A stretch of 64,000 bases of DNA. Source: Penicillus capitatus. Its lineage: Eukaryota > Plantae > Chlorophyta. Location: contig OZ287703.1 of NCBI GenBank assembly GCA_965649825.1, positions 677,722 to 741,721 on the forward strand, read 5' to 3'. Every line of letters starts with the position of its first letter. The first letter of the stretch is position 1. Made by a program: the position numbers and the translations under genes. The notes beneath the pieces were generated by a model. The model was not told the origin of the DNA, ran no database searches, and was given only the letters and a program-made list of their open reading frames with translations. This document shows, piece after piece, positions 14,845-27,200 of this stretch.

Positions 14845-16593
14845 TCAGTCGACATTGATAATCATGTTAGGTGCTTTCTTCTTCAAGCGCTTGGTATGGA
14901 GCTTTATCTGATCAGCGGCTTCGAAAGCGCTGATGTCCAGTCTTTCCAGCTGAGTAAGATAAGTCTGAGAAAAAAATGGCCGAACGAGTCCGAGGATGCC
15001 TTCATGTGCCAGACCCAGTCGTCGAAGATTGGGCATAGACTGCAAGACATCCAGACCTTGTAGCGACACATCCTCCGTCGCAACGATTCTCACGTCCTCC
15101 AACGACGAGAGCTTGGCGAGATCCAACATCATGTCGTCTCGTTTGATGCCGTCGATCCTCAGATACCGCAGATTCTCCAAGTCTACGAGATCTGCAGGCT
15201 CAAGATCTGTGATGCAGTCCACTTCTCTTTCGATCTCCACCCAACACGCGTAGAGATCTTGTAACTGCTTGGCGCCAGAGAAGAAGCTTGTGCCTCCTAG
15301 TATCCGACACAGCGAGAGCTTGAGGGTCTTCAGTTCTGGGAGATATGTGAGAAGATCCTTGCCATTGAAGGCAAACTTGTGCAATGACAAGTAATTCAGT
15401 TTTAACGGCTGAGTCACGAAACCTGCGGGAATAGGCGTTCCGACCTCATTCGCTTTCAGCTGTAATGTCAGCAGGTTCGGCAGAAGGGTCAAGAATCCTT
15501 GAAATACCAGTTCTTGTATGTTGGTCACTGAGCCGATCACAAGGCTCTGGAGCTGTGGAAGATCTGAGAGAACCTGCAGTCCTTGTGGATAAGGAAATCC
15601 GACAGCCAACGACGCTTGGGGCGGAAGCCAGTGGATGAGATCGTCTACAAAATCCGATGGCCCCAGGGTGAGGAGTTTCAGTCTTTCCAGTCTCTGAAGC
15701 TTTGACAAGAACCATGGTAGAGGATCTGCCCATATCGCAACTTCCAAAGCTTTCAGATGCGGCAAGGCGTCGACGATGATTGCCGATACACTGATGACGG
15801 AGAGACTGTTGTTTGCGTCGTCGTCATCATGCGACCAGTCCCCATGGTACTGAGACGCATCTCTTGCGTCGGCGGCATCCAGACTGCAGTAAAATCGCAG
15901 GGATGATACTTGGGTGAGCTTCTTCCAGGCCTCGTAGATACAGTCCATCTCATGTTCCGTCGCATAGCCGCCACTGAAGTGTAGGAAATCTCTTCGAATG
16001 TCTATATGTGACAGGCGTGGCAGCTGCGTTAAGATATCGAATAATGGCCGTCCCCACGAAGCATGGTATGGACGAAGAAAGGAAGAGATGTCCAGAGTGG
16101 AGAGATGTCGAAATTTCAGCAACGACATCGCGTCAGCCCTTGTCAGTTGTCTGCTCTTATTTGGCCTTATCTTGATGATATGTATGTTTGCCTGTTTCGA
16201 CCAATGTCTGTTCAGGAGTCGAAGAGAAGGTCCGTCTCGGCGCCAGCGTCGTGCTTTCTTGAGCCGCTTGACGATCTCGTCGATGATATCTATTGACAGC
16301 GAATCCCAACCGAGACGCTCTTTTGTCTGCCTAGGAGGAACCTGGGTACACATGCGAACAAAACTCGGACACTGCACGAAGTGAAGCTTTCGCAGTCGCA
16401 TGCTGAATATCGAATATACAGGCGAGCGAAAAATTGCGTCAAAATCCGATGAACCACACGTCAGGGTCCAGAGACAAAGAACCGAGGACAACAGGAGACA
16501 GGATACGTTAACCGTTCGTGTATCCCACGAGACGGGTCGTTCTTTACGGAATGGATGCGGGCGCGTCACGTTCGTCGACGACCTATTCAACAA
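14845..16593 (-). CDS. F-box-like/LRR protein, paralogue 1 (single ORF; true ATG probably 16402 or 16353)
   Basis: WDSLSIDIIDEIVKRLKKARRWRRDGPSLRLLNRHW motif, LxxLxxLxL repeats, C-cap YLTQLERL...KKKAPNMII. Confidence 0.8.
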   Translation of the reverse strand: MLNRSSTNVTRPHPFRKERPVSWDTRTVNVSCLLLSSVLCLWTLTCGSSDFDAIFRSPVYSIFSMRLRKLHFVQCPSFVRMCTQVPPRQTKERLGWDSLSIDIIDEIVKRLKKARRWRRDGPSLRLLNRHWSKQANIHIIKIRPNKSRQLTRADAMSLLKFRHLSTLDISSFLRPYHASWGRPLFDILTQLPRLSHIDIRRDFLHFSGGYATEHEMDCIYEAWKKLTQVSSLRFYCSLDAADARDASQYHGDWSHDDDDANNSLSVISVSAIIVDALPHLKALEVAIWADPLPWFLSKLQRLERLKLLTLGPSDFVDDLIHWLPPQASLAVGFPYPQGLQVLSDLPQLQSLVIGSVTNIQELVFQGFLTLLPNLLTLQLKANEVGTPIPAGFVTQPLKLNYLSLHKFAFNGKDLLTYLPELKTLKLSLCRILGGTSFFSGAKQLQDLYACWVEIEREVDCITDLEPADLVDLENLRYLRIDGIKRDDMMLDLAKLSSLEDVRIVATEDVSLQGLDVLQSMPNLRRLGLAHEGILGLVRPFFSQTYLTQLERLDISAFEAADQIKLHTKRLKKKAPNMIINVD

Positions 16594-16852
16594 CGCGAAT
16601 GACTGACCGCTCCGTACATCGCATGCCTTGCATGTAATGAATAAAGATGCACCGAATAAACAAAGTTGCTGTCAATCGAGCTAAGCCGTACAGACCATTC
16701 CACGAGAAGCTACACGAAGCTCCATATCATAACAGGTTCATTCGAGTCCAGTAAAGGCGAGACATGAGACACACGGACAAACACGTTAACACAATAGGAG
16801 AAATGGCCAAAGAATTGATGGCGGTTGGCTGTACATAAGATGATGTTGTGAT

Positions 16853-18505
16853 TCAATCGACTCTCAAATGTGGAGCCTTCTTTTCCAGTTTCTGCACACA
16901 GGCCTCCAGACGTTCTGTCGCGGTAAAGGTGACGTCAAATGATAATCTCTCCAAATGCGTCAGAAAGGTCAGCGCAAAGAAAGACCATAGCATTTCGTTG
17001 CCACGAGGATGCGAGACGCGAAGATGGCGTAAGTCCGGTAGCTTCTCTAACTCTCCGATCGCTTGGACGGATACATTCTCAAAGGTATCGACCGATAGGT
17101 ATTCCAGATTTGAGAGTTTCACGAGATCAGAAATCACGTCGTCATGCGAGATGTCTGTCATGCCCAGACGTTTGAGTTGCGCACTGCACGGTGCTAGACT
17201 GGCTGGCGTGATGCTTGCATAGACTCGGGGCGCCTCTTCAGCCAGTGTGCCAAACAGATAGAGCTCTTCGAGCTTCTTCATGTGCATCAAGGATCCGATA
17301 CCGTTGCGAACACGACACGATGTGAGCGTCAAGGTCGTCAGCTCTGGCAGACGACCGAAGAGATCGTCACCATCGAATTCAAAATTCCTCAGCGACAGAT
17401 GCGCCAGACTTAGAGACTCGCTGAAAAAATCGACAGGAATCTGTACATATGAAGCGACCGCTTCAAGTTGTAGGGTGACCAGATTCTGCAGCGTCGAAGC
17501 AAAGGACAGACTCATCAGCGACCAGCAATCCAATACATACCAGAACGTCAGGCTCTGAAGCTGAGGCAGATTCTCTAGGTTGCTTAGACTGTCTAAAGCA
17601 TTGGAAAGCGTACATGTTGTTGTGACGTTGACGGCGAGACGTGCTTGTTGGGGGAGCCACTGTGGTAAATCGTCGAGAAAACTGGATTGGACAGACACAT
17701 TGAGCTTCAGATGTTCCAATCGCTGCAGCGTGGTCACACAGGAGGGAGTGTGTTGGGCATTGACCGTAAATTCCAAAGTCGTTACATCGGGAAGCTCCTC
17801 CATCAGCGCACAGAGGCCTTCCACTTCCCACTCCGTCAGTCCATGTGCCTGCTGATACGGTTCCACAGCATGGAGTTCATCCGATGTCGTAATGCGCTCA
17901 AAGAGTTTGTAGAAGCGTAGAGATGACATCGAGGCCAGTCTCTTCCATTGCACAAGACCGCCTCGCCAGCAGAAACGCAACTGGAATTTCAAGACGCTCT
18001 CGGGTACGTCGACATGGGTGAGACACGGTAGACAGGAAAGAATGCGAAAGACCCGTTCGATATCGTCTTTCTGTTTCTGGATGACACGAACGGCCTGGCG
18101 ATTGAGTGTACCCGGCTCCGGAATGAAACGTTCAAAGTTGACGAGAAATGGCATTAAGTCCAGAGCTGTGAGATTTTTATACTTGAGAAGCGACGCTGTG
18201 TCGGCCTCGGTCAATTTTCGGGACACATATGCCAGCTCAGCCGGGGCATGTAGCCGGATGTCTGAGTGCGGTCGTATTGCTCTGATGTTCTTGTCTATCT
18301 GGTTGGACCAATGTCTGTTGAGCAGTCTGAGAACTGGCCCGTCTCTGCGCCAGCGCTGTGTTTGTCGTAGTTTTGTGACAATCTCGTCGATGACCTTAAC
18401 TGGAAGTGCATCCCAATCGCGATGGCTGCGACGAAAGCCATGAACCATGGCAGAATAGATACCCGCCAGAGACTGCCTAGGACGACGCACTTCACTGAGA
18501 GACAT
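16853..18505 (-). CDS. F-box-like/LRR protein, paralogue 2
   Basis: 550-aa ORF; WDALPVKVIDEIVTKLRQTQRWRRDGPVLRLLNRHW, LRRs, C-cap FLTHLERL...KKAPHLRVD. Confidence 0.85.
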   Translation of the reverse strand: MSLSEVRRPRQSLAGIYSAMVHGFRRSHRDWDALPVKVIDEIVTKLRQTQRWRRDGPVLRLLNRHWSNQIDKNIRAIRPHSDIRLHAPAELAYVSRKLTEADTASLLKYKNLTALDLMPFLVNFERFIPEPGTLNRQAVRVIQKQKDDIERVFRILSCLPCLTHVDVPESVLKFQLRFCWRGGLVQWKRLASMSSLRFYKLFERITTSDELHAVEPYQQAHGLTEWEVEGLCALMEELPDVTTLEFTVNAQHTPSCVTTLQRLEHLKLNVSVQSSFLDDLPQWLPQQARLAVNVTTTCTLSNALDSLSNLENLPQLQSLTFWYVLDCWSLMSLSFASTLQNLVTLQLEAVASYVQIPVDFFSESLSLAHLSLRNFEFDGDDLFGRLPELTTLTLTSCRVRNGIGSLMHMKKLEELYLFGTLAEEAPRVYASITPASLAPCSAQLKRLGMTDISHDDVISDLVKLSNLEYLSVDTFENVSVQAIGELEKLPDLRHLRVSHPRGNEMLWSFFALTFLTHLERLSFDVTFTATERLEACVQKLEKKAPHLRVD

Positions 18506-19116
18506 GGCTGCGCTCGAACAACAAGCGTAGCTATTGTTACGTTTCGCGTATAAAGCTCTTAACTGGAAGAAGAAGTATAGGTGATTCTCGGGCAGAATGA
18601 GCGGTTAGATGTACCTTGCTGCGAGCTAATTTGATCAGATGCCCCTTCGTCGGCGATTCTCTGGCAGATGGCGCTGTACTTGCGCGCATTTCCAGAAAAG
18701 AAAAGTAGATACGCTATCGTGCCTATTTGGAAAACATGGAAACCGAAACGAACTGAACCGACCTGACGCGACCTCCAACACCAACGACTGACTCCTCTGT
18801 CGCCCGAAGCACGCAAAACGCCGTTCCTAGGAGAGCAATACCGACTGGATATCAGATCGGTAGAGTAATGCAGTTTGCATGTCATTTCAAACCAAAGAAC
18901 ATAAGATGCGGCGCTTTGCGGCAGCCTCAAGATTTCGCTTTGTGTCTTGTCAGTGCCAAGCAAAGCGTCGGATGAGATACGGGTTCATGCAGTTTGTTGA
19001 GCTATTGGGTGTCTTTTTGAGAATGGAATCTTGGCCATAGCTCCATCTCCGACTGCGAACGACATATTCGTTTGACATTAAATGAGACAAAGGGGCGTCC
19101 ATTGATCTCCGTTTCT

Positions 19117-20658
19117 TTAATCTTCATCCACAAAAGAGAAATCTGGCAGCACGTGATATGCATTGACAAACTCCACGTTGCCGCGAGGACAGTGTGTAAT
19201 TTTCAGATGCGGTGCCATGCGTTGGAGCTCGTGTTCAAACTGATGAATCTCGTTGTAGATTGAGACGTCATCCATTCCCGAGTAGACGCAATGCGCATCC
19301 AGCCACAACGAATCCAGACGTGTCAAGACATGTGGACAGGTCGTTCCGTTCAGTTGAAGACAGGCATCTTCACAAAAGACTCCCAGATCGCGAAGATGCT
19401 TAAGCTCATCCAGTGGATACAGATCGCTGATGCAGAGAGCATTCCTGCCGATCAGTCCCACGATCTCTAATCTCGCCAACCCCGCTATCCATTTGACGCG
19501 CCCGACGACTTCGTCTTCCAAATCGATCGTCAGTGTCGTCAGGGAAGGAAAGGCCTCGGTGTCCACAAACGACGGCAGCTTTTCTGGATCGAGAGCGGTG
19601 GTGACGTGAATAATGCAGAGCTTCTGCAGACCCTTCAGTGCTTTCAGAGGCTTCAGATCGACGCCGTCGAGATGACAGTGCATCAGCGTCAGGCTGATCA
19701 GCGACGTCAAGGCTGTGTAACCAAGATCGGCGACGATTCGAAGGTCTTTCAGGATTAAGTACCGGAGTCTGAGAGTCCCGTGAGAGGCATTCCAGAGAAA
19801 GTCTGTACTCACTGCTCGGTTTCCTTCTAGACTGAGACCTGTCAACTTTGTCAAGTCCATCGGAAAGGCGGAAGAAGTCAGCACTCCGTGGGTGAAGCTT
19901 CGTAATCTTAGACTGACAAGTTTTGGCAGAAAGATCAAGGCACGCAACGAAACGGCGAATGCACAGGAAAGACTCAAGGCAGTGAGAGATGTCGCACCAA
20001 ACAGTAAATTCGTAACGGCATCGCAGGCAAAGAGTTTCAGTTTCACGGACTGGATTCGATTCAGTCGAGTCCCTCTAAAAGGATGCTTATCTCTCGCCAA
20101 GATCGAGGCGCTCAGCGACTGTAGGTCTGGCAATTGAGCCAACAGTACTTCCAAATCTCTGTAACCGCATTTCTCAACACACAGCTCGCGGAGAGGTAAC
20201 GGCGAAAGCATCGTGACGTTCTGTCGGATGAAGGGGAGGCAATCTTCTGCCAGACAGAGAGATGTAATCCCAGAGAGACATGTAAAGACATCTGGTCGGA
20301 TAGAACAGAGCGTGCCAGGGATTCGTAACTGTGCCAGCATGGGCAGCTGTCTCATGGCCAAACAGACAGCACGACTCATCTGCACATCGCCGCTTCTGAT
20401 AAAACGCACGAGGTCGAGCGATGTGAGCTGTGGGAATTGTGCCAAAGAGATGGCATGTTTTCTCAGAATTTCTCGACTCTTGTGGGGGCGAACGGCAAAG
20501 ACGTGTTGGTTAATGTGTCGACACCAATGCCGGTTGAGTAGCCTCAATGAACGACCGCATCGTGCCCAGAGACGCATGCGTTTCAGCGCATCGACGATAG
20601 GATCAATGACTTCGGTGGATGCCTGGCACCAGATAGCGGAGAGGGAAGTAGATGTCAT
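19117..20658 (-). CDS. F-box-like/LRR protein, paralogue 3
   Basis: 513-aa ORF; WCQASTEVIDPIVDALKRMRLWARCGRSLRLLNRHW, LRRs, C-cap VLTRLDSL...RMAPHLKIT. Confidence 0.85.
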   Translation of the reverse strand: MTSTSLSAIWCQASTEVIDPIVDALKRMRLWARCGRSLRLLNRHWCRHINQHVFAVRPHKSREILRKHAISLAQFPQLTSLDLVRFIRSGDVQMSRAVCLAMRQLPMLAQLRIPGTLCSIRPDVFTCLSGITSLCLAEDCLPFIRQNVTMLSPLPLRELCVEKCGYRDLEVLLAQLPDLQSLSASILARDKHPFRGTRLNRIQSVKLKLFACDAVTNLLFGATSLTALSLSCAFAVSLRALIFLPKLVSLRLRSFTHGVLTSSAFPMDLTKLTGLSLEGNRAVSTDFLWNASHGTLRLRYLILKDLRIVADLGYTALTSLISLTLMHCHLDGVDLKPLKALKGLQKLCIIHVTTALDPEKLPSFVDTEAFPSLTTLTIDLEDEVVGRVKWIAGLARLEIVGLIGRNALCISDLYPLDELKHLRDLGVFCEDACLQLNGTTCPHVLTRLDSLWLDAHCVYSGMDDVSIYNEIHQFEHELQRMAPHLKITHCPRGNVEFVNAYHVLPDFSFVDED

Positions 20659-21671
20659 CTGTGTTACGGGGAAGGAAAATGCACGACGCAGAGAATGGAT
20701 GTCTCCTGCTGTACGAAACGGGCAGGTAATGCGATAGACATCGATAGTGATTTCAATCGCGCATAACCGTCGCGTGTCTGATGATGGGATGTACAGATGA
20801 AATGCTGTTTTCCTACTTCATACCTTGAAGACAGACAACACTCGTCTGGTGCGTTACGAATGACGGTTGTTTGTTTCCTGGCTGTCTGGGTTGAGCGTGG
20901 ATGGCATATCGAATGTAGATTCCATCCCCAAAAGACCAACAAGGATCTGGCGACAGAGATTATGGAATTGACCACTCACTATCAGTCATCTGCGACATGG
21001 AATTACAGAATTGCCGGTGTACGACAATACTGTCTGTCTTCATGCTTCGTTTCTCGTCAGGGAGAAAGAGATATGGTGTGAGATCTTCAACGGAGATGAT
21101 TTGATCATTAACGGGAGATCGGATTCGATTGCAGGAAGGCAACTCTATTCTCGTTTCTTAGTGAGCGATGTCTTTGATAAAGAACTTTAAATGTCATAGA
21201 CGTCTAAAGGCGCCACACAAGACACTTGCTTTGCCAAACAAACGCCCGATGCGAGTAAATATGCCCGTCATTGCAGGACAAGCGATGAAATTATGCTGAT
21301 ATACAGCGGCATTAGACGGAGACGGTTGCATCATCTCTGTGGTCGATCGCTGCAGCAATGTCTATTCGTGCCACACAAGAGTGCATCAAGATCCACATAC
21401 TAAAGATAGCTCATTACTGTCTGTTTCTACATCGTTTGCGGAATGCTAGGAATATCACACCTTCGTCTAGCGTCAATCTTATCATCAGTTGGCCATACAT
21501 GATGATGAGTGACGAAGGCAGAGTGCGTTATATCGGGGCATTCCATATTTGAGTCAAAAACGCTCACTCCCTGTCATCGTTCCTTAAACGTAATGTACTG
21601 TCATAATTGCCTTTTTTCGGTAATGTTAACGATTTCTCATATCGCGGCTCTCCAATGTACAGAATCAAGGA

Positions 21672-22560
21672 TCATTTTTTCTTGACAAGGATTCCGTTTG
21701 CAAGATCCGGTTCGTATCCTTGCAGCATTAAGTTTTCATATGTCTTCTTTCCGATCATAATGATCCGATCCGTCTTGGGATTCAGAATCATGCCCTTCAT
21801 GACTAAGGGATGCAATTTTGGAGAGAATCCTGTCGTCTCCTGTACTTCAGCAGAAACATCCGTCAACGTTGTAGAAGTCTTTTCAGCAGCAGTCTGAGCT
21901 GCAGACGTCTTTTCAACAGTGGGCACTGTCTGTCTCGTTTCAGGGCGGGCTTTCTTCTTTCTGATCTTCACCCAGATCAGGCCACGCACCAGCAGCAATC
22001 CACAGCCAAACACTGACTCCGTTTTCAACACCGTACGCTCTGGGTTGTCCATCATCGCCGCAATGATGCAACATGCGAGACCGGAAGAGATGACAACGAA
22101 TTTTTGTAGCTTTCTCTCCAGAACGCTGTCGAAGTAAACGGCCGCCATTGTCGAGAAGAGAATACACAGCACGGCTGCGATCACGGCAAATCGATCGAAC
22201 GCTTCGAGATACCTCGTCGAGCCAAAGAAGGAAGACAGGGTCGCAAAGACCGCTGTCATTGCCGAGATGCCGAAGGAGGTGAGCGGAGTGGAGGCCGCAC
22301 GTCTAAAGAGAGAGGACGGGAATCTCGAGGACAGGCCTAGAAAATGGATATTGACCTGGCCAAAAGGCTCAAGGCGTAGACGACCATTAGACAGGAGAAG
22401 ATGAAGACTCGGAGAGCGGTGTACTCAACAACAACGTCGGGAAATGTCGTGAGCACTGCTCCTGTGACGCCGAGGGCGACGACGGGCATCGACATGGTAA
22501 GAGATACTGCCGTCCGGAACAGACCTTCGAATAGACAGCAATCGGTCCCATCAAGCTATC
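21672..22560 (-). CDS. Multi-pass membrane protein of unknown family; 5' end unresolved
   Basis: 195-aa ORF with several hydrophobic helices. An upstream hydrophobic exon (AVSLTMSMPVVALGVTGAVL...VYALSLLAR) joins in frame via a GT..AG intron. Soluble C-tail ILNPKTDRIIMIGKKTYENL. Confidence 0.5.
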
Positions 22561-24214
22561 GTCCATCTTACCATCTGTCGACGTTCATGTAATGATCCTG
22601 GGCGGTCACTGTGAAACTCGGTTTGTTTGAGCGTTGTCTGTGATGGATTGAAAATGTCGGCATGGTAGCGAAGACACTACGAAATGGACATCAGAGGAAA
22701 CATTAACATTAATCCGCGTTCGTTCGTCGTTTCCCGCCGTCTCGCATCCGCATGCGCGCCGACGGCGTCTGCCTCACCGCGCACCGCACACGACAGCCTG
22801 AAAGGTAAATATCATGGACTTTCGATTTCGTCCGCGAGACGAACACACCGAACACAACGCCTAACAGAGCTTGGAGAATTGCCGAATCTTAACAGGTAGA
22901 TCCAAAATCGGTTTATCCTCTCCGCTTGTTTCCATCCATCTTTTGCTTGCACAGAGTCGTCGAGCTTTTCTACATCTTTTCCTTAGTTGAGAACCGTCCA
23001 CATTTGCACAGTCGACGAGCGTCAGTTGCTGAGAGACGGTGTGAACTCCCACATAGTGTGGGACCATGATAGTCAAATCGGCGACCAGGGAGGATGAGGG
23101 GATATCTTAGTACGGTAGACGAGGCTGAAGAGACGTTATGACAAATGAATAAATATAGCGCCATGTGGGACTGTGTGTAGAACTCCTTGGTCTAACACTA
23201 TTCACCGCGCAGCTCATCGATAGCCGATGCGAAGCGCTTGACCGAATGAAACGGACAATAAAATAGGAGGGAATAGAATGCTGTTTCTGTCACGCGGAGG
23301 CGCCGCGCTAAAGAGATTGTGCATCGGAAGGCTTTGAGGTCTACAGAGCAAGGTAGACACGTGCCACGTTCATGTAATTGTACGCCACAGGTGACATGAC
23401 ACTTCGTATAAGCGCCCTTCGGAGACAGAACCCTTGAACAAGACACGTGACGATGTGACGGCCCTGTCCTTCCGACAGTTACAGCCTATCGTTTCAGACC
23501 ATCAACATCCGATTTGATGCAGTATGTAGAACACATGGCACAACACGCTTTTCGACTTAATTTCGAAGAATACGAATAGCAATATATGTTTCTGATACTT
23601 CGACAAGCCAGCAGAAAAAAATAATGTGACGGGGATGCGACAGACACTGGCGCGACGTGAACGCGCCGACGCGTGTGCGGATGAGGAGGGACTGTATCGA
23701 GTCGAAGCTAAGACTACAGCATGGTGCGGCCTGTCGCATAAATACCCCTGGCCCACGCGGACTCCTGTCACGTCAGGAAGCGGACAGCCTGTCCGGTCCG
23801 CGGGGCCAGAACCGTTCTCGCATACCCGTCATAATGTGACGTCTGTCTACTTGGTAGAGATTTCTTGCAGGTCGATCTAAATAAAAAAGAACCGACGTGT
23901 TCGTCGAACGAAAACGCTTTAGCGAAAGTCTTCGTTACAAGCGTTCGAAGAAGGTATCCAAAGGTTCGAATTCGCCGTTGAATACCCGCATGGTGAGGCG
24001 ATTCCCGAACAGGATCAGTCAGCAACGCATCAGAGCTAGAGAAAAGGCTCTTTTCACAAAACAGAACCCTCCTGACATGACAACAAACACCCTTCACCAC
24101 GGATGACCCATTGATTTGCAAGGGAATTACATCGCCAATGACAATCTTGGCGAAGGAAACCCAAATCAAACGCACGACTAAACCTCTACGCATTAAAAAT
24201 CTTTCCCTTTCGAA

Positions 24215-27200
24215 TTACACTTTCTCAAGATTCTGTAGCAAAGCAGGAAACTTGTCGTCAAAATCTCGTCGAAGCAACCAAACAAAAAAGTCAGTAACGT
24301 CCTTGCTCCACCTTCCGATTTCTTGACAAAAAGTCATATGTAGAACGAAAGAAGCTGTTTTGTGTTTTGTATGAGCGTCAAGTGTAAATGAATGCAACAC
24401 AAAAAAGAACAAAAGGCCATCTTTAAAGGCAGGAAGAATTGTAATTGCCGAAAAGACAATGCTTTCAGGTTTCATACCATCGATGGCTTCCATCGCCGCA
24501 CGACGCACGTACCCGTCTTCGTCCAAGCATCCCTTCGCCAGCGTCGGCAGAAACTCGCCGGCGTTCTGCGGCGCCGCCGCGACGACGCGGCCAACGGCTT
24601 CCATCGCCGCACGACGCACGTAACGGTCTTCGTCCAAGCATCCCTTCGCCAGCGTCGGCAGAAACTCGCCGGCGTTCTGCGGCGCCGCCGCGACGACGCG
24701 GCCAATGGCTTGCATCGCCGCATCACGCACGTGGCTCCTTTCGTCCAAGCATCCCTTCGCCAGCGTCGGCAGAACCTCGCCGGCGTTCTTCGGCGCCGCC
24801 GCGACGACGCTGCCAATGGCTCGCATCGCTGCACCACGCACGTTCCCGTATTTGTCCAAGCATCCCTTCGCCAGCGTCGGCAGAACCTCGCCGGCGTTCT
24901 GCGGCGCCGCCGCGACGACGCGGCCAATGGCTTGCATCGTCGCACCACGCACGTACCCGTCTTCGTCCAAGCTTCCCTTCGCCAGCGTCGGCAGAAACTC
25001 GCCGGCGTTCTGCGGCGCCGCCGCGACGACGCTGCCAATGGCTTCCATCGCCTCAGCACGCACGTGGCTCCTTTCGTCCAAGCATCCCTTCGCCAGCGTC
25101 GGCAGAACCTCGCCGGCGTTCTGCGGCGCCGCCGCGACGACGCGGCCAATGGCTTCCATCGCCGCACAACGCACGTAACGGTCTTCGTCCAAGCATCCCT
25201 TCGCCAGCGTCGGCAGAACCTCGCCGGCGTTCTGCGGCGCCGCCGCGACGACGCGGCCAATGGCTTGCATCGCCGCATCACGCACGTAGCTCCTTTCGTC
25301 CAAGCATCCCTTCGCCAGCGTCGGCAGAAACTCGCCGGCGTTCTGCGGCGCCGCCGCGACGACGCGGCCAATGGCTTGCATCGCCGCATCACGCACGTGG
25401 CTCCTTTCGTCCAAGCATCCCTTCGCCAGCGTCGGCAGAAACTCGCCGGCGTTCTGCGGCGCCGCCGCGACGACGCGGCCAATGGCTTGCATCGCCGCAT
25501 CACGCACGTGGCTCCTTTCGTCCAAGCATCCCTTCGCCAGCGTCGGCAGAACCTCGCCGGCGTTCTGCGGCGCCGCCGCGACGACGCGGCCAATGGCTTC
25601 CATCGCCGCACGACGCACGTAACGGTCTTCGTCCAAGCATCCCTTCGCCAGCGTCGGCAGAAACTCGCCGGCGTTCTGCGGCGCCGCCGCGACGACGCGG
25701 CCAATGGCTTGCATCGCCGCATCACGCACGTACATGTCTTCGTCCAAGCATCCCTTCGCCAGCGTCGGCAGAACCTCGCCGGCGTTCTGCGGCGCCGCCG
25801 CGACGACGCGGCCAATGGCTTCCATCGCCGCACCACGCACGTTCCCGTTTTTGTCCAAGCATCCCTTCGCCAGCGTCGGTAGAACCTCGCCGTTCCAGTG
25901 TGGCATTTGTTTTGCGATAGAACATAACAATTCGATGTGCTCTAAGTTAATCTTCTGTTGCTCGACTTTTTGTATCAAAAGTTCGATTATGATGTAACTC
26001 TGCGTCGGAGAATGCCTTGCAATCTTTGAGGCATCTATAATTTTTGACTTTTTTTCCCATGTCAATTTATTCTCGCATTCCAGCGTCTTCTTCACTTCAT
26101 CGATTGTCCCGCTGAGAATTTGAGGAAATTCCTCTATCACGCATGATAGTTGTTCGAACTCTTTAACCACGATTTCGTGAATTAGATTATCCTCCATTGT
26201 GCGCTCTAGCAGATGACGAGCAGCTTCAACGAGTTTTATTACTTGTTCGTCGTCGAGGAGGTTTTTTAAGTCATTTTCAACTGTCTCTTCTAAGATTGCC
26301 TCAAGAATTCGCAGTTTCAGAAAGAATTGTTGTATCCCAAGAACCTCGATGGGTTTTTCGTCGACAATCGAAAGCATCTCTTGTAATGCAGCCTTTCCTC
26401 GCCCTTGTGCGAAAGCGTGCATTGTGAAGGAGTGTGTTAAAGCATTCTTCTGATTATACTTCTCCTCTTGAATAAATTTTAATACTCGCTTTTCTTCATC
26501 CGATCCTTTGTTCTTTAAGCTTCTCGCAATAAATCTTCCAGCAAAGTATTCTTGAAAAGTGAGATGAGGAAACTGATACTGTTGTCCCTCCAGAACGAAT
26601 AGAAGGAATCCACTTTCTTTAAAGATTCCAGTTGTGTTTGTGGACGTTGCTTGACTCTTAACAATCCGTTCTTCGATTAGTATTTGTCCACTACGAAGTG
26701 CTTCGAAAGCTATCTTCTCCAGATCGCCAAAGACAATATCCTTGTTCACCATTCTCGCTTCGGGTCTTTCCTTAAACCTCTCCCATACAAAATTTGCCAT
26801 GTCGCTGTAGATCTGAAACATGCTCGCCCTTTTCCCTCGATCTTGTATTGAGGTGCCGTGTTTTTTCGACAAAGAGCAGAGAATGTGCGCCGTTACTGGA
26901 ATGTGTGCGGTTTCCCACATCCCTCTATCTTGTTGTAAAGAACGGATGAGTCTTGAAGCTTCATCTTGTTGCAGTTCTCTATTTATGTAGTTCCTTAGTT
27001 GTTGGTCATTGAATCCAAGGCATTCAAACTGGCAATCAACTCTTGCTCGGATCCGTTGAAGATTGTAGGGTCTTGTGAGTATCAACAACTTGCACATACG
27101 CTTCTCCGCTGCATGAACAAGCTCTCTGGCGTCTTCGCGAGCTTCATCCAATCCGTCGAAGATCAACAGCGTTGAGGAAAAATCGAGGTCGCCTTCGACT

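Noticed and set aside
24479-25888. CRISPR-like look (constant blocks alternating with short variable blocks)
   Set aside because: The period is a multiple of 3 inside an ORF, the variable blocks are short and recur between units, there are no cas genes, and the context is eukaryotic.
24392-25920. Three ~450-500-aa ORFs (two antisense, one alternative frame) over the HEAT array
   Set aside because: By-products of a GC-rich 111-nt repeat with no stop codon in those frames. They begin and end with the array and encode low-complexity Arg-rich strings. Only the NACHT frame continues into recognisable domains.
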